This document shows positions 39,640-50,439 of a stretch of DNA of 64,000 nt, in pieces (positions within the stretch are counted from its first letter, which is position 1; every line of letters starts with the position of its first letter). The translations under genes and the position numbers were made by a program. The stretch spans positions 1,674,001 to 1,738,000 of the forward strand of contig NC_087437.1 in NCBI RefSeq assembly GCF_036321535.1. The letters are read 5' to 3'. The notes under the pieces were generated by a model, which did not search any database, was not told the DNA's origin, and was given only the letters and a program-made list of their open reading frames with translations. This DNA comes from Camelus dromedarius. Its lineage: Eukaryota.

Positions 39640-40245
39640 CACCTATCTTTTCATGTATGTATTTTCCAAACCTATATCTTTAGTGAAATGCCTTTTAATG
39701 ACTTTTGCCCATTTTTTGAATTGAATTGTCTTTGTTTCTTTATTTTACTGTGGAGTTTTGATACGGACTTAAGAGATGAATCCTTGGTCAGATGTTTGGT
39801 TAGCAAATATTTTCTCCCTTGCTCTAGCTTCTCTTTTTATCTTCTCAACAGTCTCTTTCATATAGCAAACATTTTTCATTCTGATGAAGTCCAATATGCT
39901 GATTTTTTTCCCTTTATAGGTCATGCTTCTGGTGTCAAGTCTAAGAAGTCACCACTCAGCATCAGCTCCCCATGGTTTCTCCTATGCTATCATCTAAAAG
40001 TTTTATAGTTTATGTTTTACATGAAGGTGTGTGATTCATTTTGAGTTAATTTTTGCATCAGGTGTAAGACTTAGGTCAAGGTTCATTTTTTTCTATGCAT
40101 ATCCAATTGTCCCAGTACCATTGGTTGGAAAGACTTTTCAAAAATTTCTTTTTGTATATTTGTCAAAAATCAGTTGCCTGTCCTTGGGTAGGGGCTATTT
40201 CTGGGTTTTCTATTCTATTCCATTGACTAATGTGTCTATTGACCA
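39640..40245 (-). mobile_element. L1 ORF2 3' fragment
   Basis: gcaaatattttctccct...cttctggtgtcaagtctaag...attcattttgagttaatttttg...ctgggttttctattctattccattg. Confidence 0.8.
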
Positions 40246-40499
40246 ATATAAATTTTATGTAATGGGTCTAAATATTTCCTACTACACAATCTAGTCACCT
40301 GTCTACTGTAGTCTCCTCTTCATTGCTGTCCTCAACCAGGTACTCTTATCATTATGTTCCTGGTGTAAGTTTTTTGCTTTGGGGGTGGCTTTTTTTGGTC
40401 TTTAAAAAAGACATAGAGAATCTTGAATATTATTCTATTTAATGGTATTTTGTGAATTTCCTTGGGAAGAATTTAGTCTCTTTATTAAGCTTTCTTAGA

Positions 40500-42060
40500 G
40501 AGAAAGCTCTCAGCCTCACCATTCAGTATGTTAGCTGTGGGCTTTTCATATGTAGCATTTATTATGTTGAGGTAGTTATCTTTTATTCTTGTTGGTTAAG
40601 GGTTTACATCATTAAAAGGTGTTAAATTATGTCAAATGCTCTTTCTGCATAAATTGAGATGATCATGGGTTCCCTTCACCTTTATTCTGCTACTGTGGCA
40701 TACTAAATTGATTAATATTTGTATGTTGAACCATTCTTGCATTCTAGGAATATATTCCACTTGGTCACAGTGTATAATACTTAAAAATGTGCTGTTAAAT
40801 TCTGTCTGCTGACATTTTCTTGAGAATTTTCATCAGGGATACTGATCTGCAATTTTTATAGTGTCCTTGTCAGGATTTGGTATCAGTGTAATGCTGACAC
40901 CAAAATTGAGTCTGGAAATGTTCCCTCCTCTTCAATTTCTTGGAAGATTTTGGGGGAGAATTAGTGTTAATTCTTCTGTAAATGTTTGGTAGACTTCACA
41001 AATGAAGTCTTCTGGTCCTGAGCTTTTATTTGTTGAAAGATTTTTGATGACTGATTCAATCTCCTAACTAGTTTTGGATGTTTAGATTTTCTATTTCTTC
41101 ATGGTTCAGTCTTGGTAGGTTTTGTGATTCTAGGAATTTGTCCATTTCATCTCAGATATCCAATTTATTGGTGTACAATTTTTCATAATGCTAACACTTT
41201 TTATTTCTGTAAATTTTATTGTAATATCCCTTCTTTCATTTATGATTTTAGTTATTTGAGTCTGTCTCTTTTTTCCATAGTCAACCTAGCGAAAAGTTTG
41301 TCAATTTTGTTTATGTTTTCAATAAAGCAACTCGGTTTTATTGATTTTTCTCTGTAGCTTTTCTGTTCTCATTTTGAATATCTCTGCTTGAATCTTTATT
41401 ATTAACTTCCTGACACTAGTTTTGAATTTAGTTTGTTCTTTTTTAGTTCTTTAAGGTGTAAATTGTTGATTTGGGAATCTTTCTTTTTTTAATATAAGCA
41501 TTTGCAGGTATAAATTTCCTTCTTAGTACTACTTTTACAGAATCCCTAAGTTTTGTATGCTAGGTTTTCATTTTCATTTGACTCAGTTTTCCTAAATTTT
41601 CTTATGATACCTTCTCTGACCCATGGGTTGTTTAAGGGTGTTAATTCCTCACATTAGTGGATCTTCCCAGTTTTTCTTCTGCTATTGATACCTAGTTTCA
41701 TTCCATTTTGATTTAAAAGATTATTTATATTTCAATCTTTTTAAATTTACTGAGACATTTTTGTGGCCTGACATAGTGTAACCTGGAGAATATTCCATAT
41801 GTACTAGAGAAAAATGTGTTTTGCTGTTGTGAAGTGGAGTTTTCTATATATATCTCTTAGGTTCAACTGATCTATAATGTTGATCAAGCCCCCTATTTCT
41901 TTATTGACCTTCTGTCTTGTTGTTCTACCTATTATTGAAAGTGTGTTATTGATGTCTCCTACTATTATTGTAGAACTGTCTACTTCTCCCTTCAAGTTTT
42001 TCAATGTTTGCTTCATATATTTAGGAGACTCGATGTTTGTTACATATATCATTATAAACT
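40500..42060 (-). mobile_element. L1 ORF2 5' half (endonuclease to RT start)
   Basis: ORF 41804-42052 PKYMKQTLKNLKGEVDSSTIIVGDINNTLS...DQLNLRDIYR is the L1 APE endonuclease; RT-upstream motifs continue leftwards. Confidence 0.92.
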
Positions 42061-42069
42061 ATATTTGTA

Positions 42070-42393
42070 TAACAATTCAATTGAAAAATAGGCAGGAGAC
42101 CTGAATAGACATTTTGCCAAATAAGACATACAGATGGCCAACAAGCACATGAAAAGATGCTCAACATCACTAATAATCAGAGAAATGCAAATCAAACCCA
42201 AAATGAAGCATCACCTCACACCTGTCAGAATGGTCATCTAAAAGAACACAAAGAACAAATGTTGGCAGGGATATGGAGAAAAGGAATCCCTCATATACTG
42301 TTGGTGAGAATGTAAATTGGTGTAGCCACTGTAGAAAACAGTATGGATGTTCCTCAAAAAGCTAAAAATGGAACTACCATATGTCTCTTGGTG

Positions 42394-42433
<40 letters not shown>

Positions 42434-42678
42434 TATATACACACACACACATACATACAATGGAATACTAATCAGACATAAAAAATGAAAATTTGCCATT
42501 TACAACAACATGGATGGACTTGCAGGGTATTATGTTTGGTGAAATAAGTCAGACAGAGAAAGACAAATACTGCATGATATCAATTATACATGGACTCTAA
42601 AAAATACAACAAATTATAAACTAGTGAATATAACAAAAAAGAAACAGACTTATAGGGAACAAACTAGTGGTTACCAGG
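42070..42678 (+). mobile_element. L1 ORF2 end/3' UTR fragment with internal (CA)n
   Basis: ctgaatagacattttgcc...gaaaagatgctcaacatcacta...gaaataagtcagacagagaaagacaaatac; CA tract at ~42396-42458. Confidence 0.9.
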
Positions 42679-42845
42679 TTACATTGTTTGTCTTTGTGTT
42701 GCTTTGTTAAGTGACTGCTAGTTTGTCATCATTCAGGATCATCAGGGTGTGCTTAAATAACACATTACTCATAACAATTGAATTATCTTACTTTTTGGAA
42801 CTCTTAAGAGTTTCTTCATTTCTAACATATGAGAGTTTTCTCTTG

Positions 42846-43041
42846 CACAGTGAAAAAAAGTGACAATGAATATATGTATGTTCATGTATAACTGAAAAAT
42901 TATGTTCTACACTGGAATTTGACACAACACTGTAAAATGACTATTACTCAATAAAAACGTTTAAAAAGAGAAAAAGAAGAAAAAAGAAACATTTTTAACA
43001 CAAAATAAAGCACTCAAATGTAAAACAGAAAAAAAAAAAAA
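42846..43041 (+). mobile_element. Young L1 tail with probable 3' transduction
   Basis: L1 end with AATAAA at 42950 and an A-rich tail, then ~40 bp of other sequence with a second AATAAA (43004) and poly(A) at 43029-43041; TSD AGTTTTCTC(T/C)TG at 42834 and 43041. Confidence 0.75.
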
Positions 43042-43292
43042 GTTTTCTCCTGGATCCATCTCCCTTTAATCCCTTGAAACTCTCATTTTAAAATGTTGCT
43101 TTATGGTTTGGTTTGAAGGTTCTAACCCTAGTCTGTATTAACTTTTATGTTTTCCTTTTTTAAGTTTAATTGAAAAGAAAACTAGGAAAAAAAAAAAAAC
43201 CTCTGGCAGCTGTGATACTAACACAATTATATTACAATAAAAGTCCTATAGAATATGAAAAGCATTTTTAAACACCTGTAAACAGGACTTAC

Positions 43293-43500
43293 CTGCATGA
43301 GGTATGGTTATTAACCCTAATGCATGGATTTTCCTTGCTTCTGCTTTTGAAGTCCATGATGCTGAACTAGCAGAGTATTTTTTTGATGTGTCCCTCCATG
43401 GTGTCATGCAGGTGGTCCCCCTAGGGTGGGATGGAGAAGGACCAGTAATACACCGGGCAGGAGATCATGTCTGGTGTGAAAGTGATGATCGTGACTTATG
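43293..43500 (-). pseudogene. Exon 2 of a decayed gene (Ser/Arg/Pro-rich; one in-frame TGA)
   Basis: Strong acceptor ctcttttcctcccag| and donor CAG|gtaagt; 208 nt; phase-0 frame HKSRSSLSHQT*SPARCITGPSPSHPRGTTCMTPWRDTSKKYSASSASWTSKAEARKIHALGLITIPHA. Confidence 0.6.
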
Positions 43501-43946
43501 CTGGGAGGAAAAGAGTAAAGGGAGCATTAATTTAGAGCCTTTATAGTTATGGTCAACAGACATGACAGAATTTCATTTTCAGCAGTAGATTTTTTTTTAA
43601 GATTCAGAAAACTTAATTCTTTCCTGTAAACTGGACATAGCTAGTGAATATCTTAAAATCTTTGAGCAACTGCTTTAAAGTAGTGTAGTTACTTTACTTT
43701 TAGTCTTTAACCTAAGGGAATATCCAGAAGTCCAGTGGCAGTTTAAATGCAAGGGCCTGATCCTTGCCTATTACATTTTTTAAGTACAGTAAGTATAACT
43801 GTAGACTATGGTACTGTGGATAACTGAAGAGCTGCTTGGATATGTTATATGTAATTTATATTTTCAAAAATTAGAAATATCATGAAAATCAATCAACCTT
43901 GGAGTTCTATTTGGTATAATTTAATCTTTAATAATGTACATTTAGA

Positions 43947-44375
43947 TAGCCCTTTTGTATATATAACACTTATGAAAATAAGTTGGCTTTGTATAACTCC
44001 TTTGTAGATAAATGATTAAAAATTTGTTTTTTTTATCATTTGCTTCTTAAAAATAGAATATTAATTGCATAAAATATGTTTTCCTTCAAATTCATACATT
44101 TTTTTTCTATACTATCTTGACTTGTTTAGATAAGTCAACACATATTCTGATTTATTTTAAACACTCAGTATGTGCTTCTGTCTGTTACTTTATTAGAGAG
44201 CAAGAATTCTTTATTATTTTTAATAAAATATACTAGCAGGAAGCTATACTGGGATTGTTCCATTCACAGAGTCAAGAAATGATACCTGTTTTGTTAGATA
44301 AATTGTCTAAGCCTCTCAACTTCCAAAAGATTACATAGACAAAGTTAAAGACATCATAAATGATCGACTAACAAA
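43947..44375 (+). repeat. Copy 2 of the ~425-bp direct duplication
   Basis: Matches 39073-39497 with scattered substitutions and small indels. Confidence 0.95.
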
Positions 44376-44657
44376 ATTTAGTGTGTTCCTTGATTAAAAG
44401 TATAAATATGGGTCAGTGTTAAATTCAGATGTAAAGCTCTTATGAATGACATGAGTTTTCTCCAAAATTCCTTAATTTGGGCTTTAAACCCTCCAGTAAA
44501 AAACTGGTTTGAAGGAAGAGGAAAGTCGAGAATAGATCCAATCCAAATTCTATGGGAATAAACAAAGCTAAATGTTTCAGTCATTTTTTTGAAGCAGAAC
44601 AGATATGTTTTCTGATATGATTTTAATAGTATTCATCTGAACATACGGTTTAGACAC

Positions 44658-45275
44658 TGTGAGACCACAAACCAACAAACAAGATCTCAGACAAAGCAAG
44701 AAAAACAACTAAGGGGATTTTCTATTGCAAAATTTCCCCAAACTAGAACTGTAATAAGAAGAACAAGTCTGACGCCGTATTGGATCTGTTCCTTTAGTTT
44801 TAAGCACTGTGTCCTGTTTTCCAGGCTTAATCTTGCTGGCTCTGCACCTTTTGTAAAACAATGCTGCCTTTGGCCTGAAATCTACAGGAAAGCCTATTCT
44901 TGGGGCTCTGACCTTTAAGGATGTTAGCACTTCTGCACTTATGCAGAGATGGCAAGTTGCAAAATAGATAATAACCTTTGTTTTGTTGGAGGTTTACAGG
45001 GACACCATAGCCTGACCCACATGGATGGCTGCAAGAACAAAGAATGCCTGCAGCAAGAAGTTTGCACAACCAACTGCACCCCCTCCCCTTTTTAGTTTAA
45101 AAGGAGCCTGAATTCTGACTTGGGCAAGATAGTTCTCCAGGATGTTAGTCCCCCATCTTCTTGGTCTGCCAGCTTTCTGAATAAAGTTACTATTCCTTGC
45201 CCCAAAACCTCGTCTCCTGATTTATTTATTTATCACTGTTGTGCAGTGAGCAGAACAAGTTTGGCCTCAGTAACA
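44658..45275 (+). mobile_element. Solo ERV1 LTR (MER41/MER4-group-like)
   Basis: Starts TGTGAGACC, has AATAAA at ~45180 and ends gagcagaacaagtttggcctcaGTAACA. Confidence 0.7.
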
Positions 45276-46114
45276 GAACCAGCTTTGTCATTTCCTCTGA
45301 TGTGAAGTCTCTCTGGGTGTACATGTGCTTGCCTGGTGGTGGTGGTGGTGGTAGACAAAAATATTTCAATTCTCCTAGATTTCAATAGGCTAAAATTCCC
45401 TGTTATTTAATTCAACTCTAGACTTTTACAGAATCACCTGCAGTTGTGCTTCTGGAAGCTACAAAAATTCCAACAAGGAAAATAATTCTATTGTCTCCTG
45501 ACAAGATACTTTTCCTCAAAACTGAGCAGCTCTGAGACACACTGCAGGAGTACAGATAGATGCAGTGTGCTTCATTTCCCATGCTGTTCCAACACAATTT
45601 TCCACTTATATCAAAGTATATTGAAATCGGTCTTCAACAGCAGATGCTCTGGCATGATGCAACAATGTCAATTCCACTTATTTATTGAGCTATAGCAGCT
45701 TTAGAATGATTTTATACCAAACTCCTGCTTGTTGCCCTGTCTTCTCCCTGGTGGCTAATTCCTTCTTCTTACTTCCTAAAAGTTCTCCTGTTATGGGAAG
45801 TTAGCCTTTACTGTGCACATTCGATTGGGAAGCCACAAATTAAATATGTGAGGGGATGACATACATATTTAATTCTTACTTATACATACATACAAGACCT
45901 GTCTCTTGGAAGATGTCACCTCCTAATGTGGGCAAGAGGAAGGTCTATAGTTCAATCAATGATCTAAAAGCAGTTTTCTAGGATATAATAAAGCAATGCT
46001 TGAGTTATAAGACAGAACAACTCCTGGATATGAATCAGTGGCACCAATCAGTGGGTGCACGTGTGTGCACACACATGCTCATGCACACGGAGCAGCCTTG
46101 GAGACACTCCATAC

Positions 46115-46410
46115 CTCATCACCCTTAAGGTTAGGGTCAGGGTTAGGGTTAGGGTTCGTTGATGTCTCCTGGTGGCTCTGGGGATGCAGCCGGTCACCGC
46201 CCTGGGGAGTCATGGCCCAGGGAGCAAGAGGCTGGCCACAGACACTGCATGAGGTGAGAGCACGAAGGTCTGAGGTGGCCGCTGAAGGGGCTCAGGGGGC
46301 CCTGGTGGAGGGGTTAGCATGGCAGCCGGGGCAGATGCTGCAGGGGCTCCTGCGCCCAGGGAGCCCTGGGCATGCAGACAGGCCCAGGCTCACGGGGCTG
46401 GGGCTCTGGC
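46115..46410 (-). pseudogene. Upstream GC-rich exon of the decayed gene (5' boundary uncertain, may extend to ~46810)
   Basis: Donor GAG|gtatgg in phase 0. The frame reads GQSPSPVSLGLSACPGLPGRRSPCSICPGCHANPSTRAP*APSAATSDLRALTSCSVCGQPLAPWAMTPQGGDRLHPQSHQETSTNPNPNPDPNLKGDE. GC-rich with many TpG/CpA. Confidence 0.5.
46129..46156 (+). repeat. Short telomere-type hexamer tract GG(TTAGGG)(TCAGGG)(TTAGGG)2TT
   Basis: Directly visible; four GGG runs. Confidence 0.9.
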
Positions 46411-46763
46411 CTTAAAACATCTCTCCGCACACTGCTGCAGCTGCACGGTGGCTGTCAAAGGCTTTGGAAGTCTTGTTAAAAAACTGCCCCTCTCCTTGTA
46501 CGGATGAGAATTTTTTTAAATAAATGCACTCCTCATCCCAGCTCAGAGGGAACTTTCATGAGCCGATTTGACTCTGTGTGTGCCCAGGCCCAGCTGTGAA
46601 AGGGGAGCAGGACCCGAGGCCTCTGACATGAACAATGGCCTGGGGGGTGGCAGCGACGGCTACGCTTGGCTGGGGACAGAGTCTGGGGGGCTGGGGGCCA
46701 AGACACCTGAGAACTCGGTGAGCAGAAGGAAGAGACTCTCTTCTTCGCTCCTTTTCCCACTCT

Positions 46764-46823
46764 CCTCTGGGGGGCGCTGTAGTCAGAAGGAGGAGGCGGA
46801 GGAAAGCAGACACTGCGCATGCC
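46764..46823. promoter_or_regulatory. Promoter-like motif cluster (CTCF-like / ZNF143-like, GC-box-like, NRF1-like)
   Basis: cctctggggggcgctg (46764-46779), minus-strand GACTACAGCGCCCCCCAG, ggaggcggagg, TGCGCATGCC (46814-46823). Confidence 0.35.
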
Positions 46824-47759
46824 TAGATCTCAGTGTAAGCTCATCATTCTGGATTCAAAAGTTCGTCTGCCCAGTGTGGGATTTCCTCCGAGTAGAGCAG
46901 TTGTCTGCATGTTCTCCTGGTACTCTGGTCTGTGCATGTGAAAACAGGAAATCAGGAGAAGTCCCGGAGATTTCCATTAAACAGTACTGTGAACAGCTTG
47001 CCGATGCATTCAGTCAGGGGGAAGTCAAACTGATTATCTCTGTTTTCCCTAAAATCAATGTGAATTAACAGCATATTTAAGGGGACTCATGGGGTAAAAC
47101 CTCCCTTCCAATATCTTCCCCTAAGAAACTATTCAAGCTTTCAGAGAGATTAATCGACAGTGAAGCTGACGGGAGAAACAATAAATGGTTGTACTTATGT
47201 ACTGGTTTGATCCTGTGCTCTGCTAATCTATTTCAGCATATAAATTAATAATAAGAGGCAGTGGGATAAAAACAATTCCCCTATTTCTCCAAACTGAAAT
47301 AATCTCCCAGCTCTCAATATTTTACTTCAAAGTAGAATTGCACTAAATTGTCATTTCTATGGTTTGTAGGGAAAAAGCATGACTGACCGAAATAAGAGAA
47401 GGGTTATCAGAAATAACCAATCTTTTTCTTGAATATGGTACAGAATTTCTTTCATATAATCCTAAAAACCCAACTCATTAAATAAAAGGCCATAAAGTCC
47501 AAGAAAAGAAACTCAGATGAGATTTATCTTTCCCTGATCAATGGTGACTGGTGAGTCTCTGTCACACGTGCACTGTCTTAAATACTGGGACTCAAAATAT
47601 CCCTAAACAGTGAAGGTTTCAATTTAAACCAAGAAAATTACATGGGAAAAGAACTTCTGAAGGATATCTAAATTCAGATAGATAAGGCCCACTGATATCA
47701 GCAAAGCTATGATGAACCATCAGGGTTTCTCAGAGAAGTGCCCGTGCATCCCAGCAGCT

Positions 47760-47880
47760 CAGAGCAAGGGCCCTGGAGCCAGACTGCTGGCTTCAGCCCA
47801 GCTCCACCCAGACCAGCTCTGTGACCTTGGGTAACTCAACCTCCTACACTTGCGTTTCCCAATCAACAAAATAACAAAAC
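47760..47880 (+). mobile_element. MIR fragment
   Basis: ccctggagccagactgctggc...ctgtgaccttgggtaactcaacctc. Confidence 0.7.
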
Positions 47881-47895
47881 CAACTTTTTTTAGAG

Positions 47896-48410
47896 CAGTG
47901 GTTCTCAGAACTTCTGGTCTCAGAACCCCTTTACAACTTACAAAAAAATTCATGATAACCCCAAAATTCTTGTTTATGTGAGTTACAGATTCCTATATTC
48001 ATCATATTAGAAAGCAAAACTGGGAACTTTTAATATATTTATTAATTAATTTAAAATAATAACATTAAAGTTATTATATGTTATCATAAAAAATATTTTT
48101 GAAAAGTAACTTTATTATCCCCAACCAAAAATATTACTGAAAAGAGTGGCAAGAGTTTCATATTTTTTCCAAATTTCTCCAATGTCTGGCTTAATAAAAC
48201 AAAACTAGATTTTCAGATATGCTTTTGCATTTAGTCTCTTGCAATTATGTTGCTTCAAATTGAGGGATATGAAAAAATCCAGCCTCCCACAGATGAGTAG
48301 TTGGAAAAGGGAGTGTTTTAGCAGTCTTTTCAGGTAATTGTGACTATTCTTGATATTGCACCACAATTGAATGAGTGGTAGTTTCAGAAGGGTGAGTTGC
48401 AATGAGGAAT
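47896..48410. mobile_element. Charlie1-like hAT DNA transposon end
   Basis: cagtggttctcagaacttctggtctcagaacccctttac...ctggcttaata...gtagttggaaaagggag. Confidence 0.75.
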
Positions 48411-48789
48411 GTGATCAGAGATCATCTTTTTCACTTACTAAAGAGTAAAGCTTCAAACTATACGGAAACAATTAGCAACAACAGTAACAATAAACAAGAC
48501 TACCCTAAAATTAAAGAAGTGTTTTCCTTAGTTTAGTGTGCACAATGGCTGCTGCAGACCACCTCACCTCTCACTACTTCACACTATTCAGAGAAGCTGC
48601 AAGTGCAGATAAATAAACTCGGGCAGCTTCTTCCTTTTTATCAAAACAGCCAATCAATGAAGAAAGTTACTAGGAACATTATTTTGCCTTAGTGTCCTGG
48701 CTGCAAAGTTCAATAGGTTTTGGGTGATCTCTTGGGTTCTGTTATATTAGTGTACAATTTTACAGAACATAGGAATTTTTCAGGATCAC

Positions 48790-49075
48790 ATATATGGAAT
48801 AATAAGAAAAACACATATTACTCAGATAATAATAAATGCTATAGAAAAAATATGAGAGGAAATAGAATTGGAGGAAGAGGCTGCAGTTTTACGAGGAAGA
48901 AAAGGGAGGTTTCATGGTGAAGGTGGCACTGGGTGAGGATCAGAAGGAGCTAAGGAAGGGAGTCACGCACTTGGCAATAGAGAGCATTCCAGGCAGCAGG
49001 AAAAGCGAGAACAATGGCTTGACGTGCAAGTGAGCCTGGTGTGTCCCAGGAATGGCAGGAGGACCTAGGAAAAGC
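48790..49075 (-). mobile_element. L2 fragment
   Basis: agagcattccaggcagcaggaaaagc...tgagcctggtgtgtcccaggaatggcagg. Confidence 0.6.
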
Positions 49076-49084
49076 CGAGCACAA

Positions 49085-50435
49085 AGCACAGCCAACCAGT
49101 TTTTGACAAAGGTGAAAAATAAATTCCATGGAGCAACTGAAACTGGAACCTTTAAACAAGTGGTGATGGAGAAACTAAACATCCAGAGACAAAAAGATGA
49201 ACCTCTACTCAACCTTCACATTTTACAGTAAAAATTAACTCAAAATGGATCATGAATTTAGGTGTAAAACTATAAATCTCTTATTTAAAAGGTAGGACAA
49301 AATTTTTAAAATCTAGAGTTAGGCAGAGGGTCTTACACCTGACACCAAAAGCACAACACAGAAAAGAAAAAAAAAATGACAAATTGAACCTTATGAAAAT
49401 TGAAAACTTTTGTTCTGCAAAAGTCCCTGTGCAGAGGATGAAAACATGTGCATACCTTAGGAGAAAATATGTCCAAACCATGTACATGAGAAAGGACTAG
49501 CACCTAACACATATAAAGAACCCTAAAAAGTCAACAGTACAAAACAAACAATCCAAATAGAAACTGGGCAAAAGATATGAACAGACATTTCACCGAAGAG
49601 GGTCTACAGATGGCAAGTATGCAAGTGAAGAAATTCAACATCATTAACCATCAGAAAAATGCAAACTAAAACCACAGTGAGTTATCAGTACACATCTATC
49701 AGAACAGCTAAATTCAAAAATTGTGACAACACTAAATGCTGATGATGTAAGAAAAAAAAAAAACTGACTCACTCAACCATTGCTGTAGAAACAGAAAGTA
49801 ATACAGCCACTCCAGAAAACAGTTTGGCGGTTTCTGCTAAAAATTAAACGTATAACTACCGCGTAACCCAGTAACTGCACTCTTGAGCATTCATTGCAAA
49901 GTAATGAAGACAGAGTCACACAAAAACCTGGACGAGATGTTAACAGCAGCTCTAGTGATAACAGCCCAAAACTGGATACCATCCAGACGTTCTTCAAAAA
50001 GTGAACAGTTTTGCAAACCATCATCTGTCCTGGCATACTACTCGGTAATAAAAAGGAACACACTATGCATACGCACCACAACCTGGATGAATCCCAGAGA
50101 ATTCTGCCAAATGAAAATAATCTAATCCCCAGCGGTCACATATGATCCATTTATACAACATTCTTGAAATGACAAAACTATACAAAGGGAAAACAAATTA
50201 GTGGTTCCTAGGGTCAGGGATTTGGCAATGAAAGGGCAACATGAGGGACCTTTGTCATGATATAAATGTTCTGTCTTGGTGGCATCAGTGTCAGGACTCT
50301 GGCTGTAACAGAGAACAATAACTCTGCAACATATTACCGCTGAGTCAACTGTATAGGGCCCCCAGCTCCCCTCTGTATGATGTGTAAGAACTCCATGTGA
50401 ATCTATAATTACCTCAAAATCAAAAAATTTGATTA
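49085..50435 (+). mobile_element. Old L1 (L1MC-like) ORF2 end and 3' UTR
   Basis: ttttgacaaaggtg...aaaattaactcaaaatggatc...tatgaacagacatttcaccgaagag...aacattcttgaaatgacaaaactata. Confidence 0.85.
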
Positions 50436-50439
50436 AAAC

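Noticed and set aside
43293..43340. Resemblance of KIHALGLITIPHA to the histone H3/CENP-A N-helix region
   Set aside because: Too weak, and no histone fold follows
46129..46156. Telomere-telomere chromosome fusion site
   Set aside because: Only ~4.5 hexamers in one orientation, with no adjacent inverted (CCCTAA)n array
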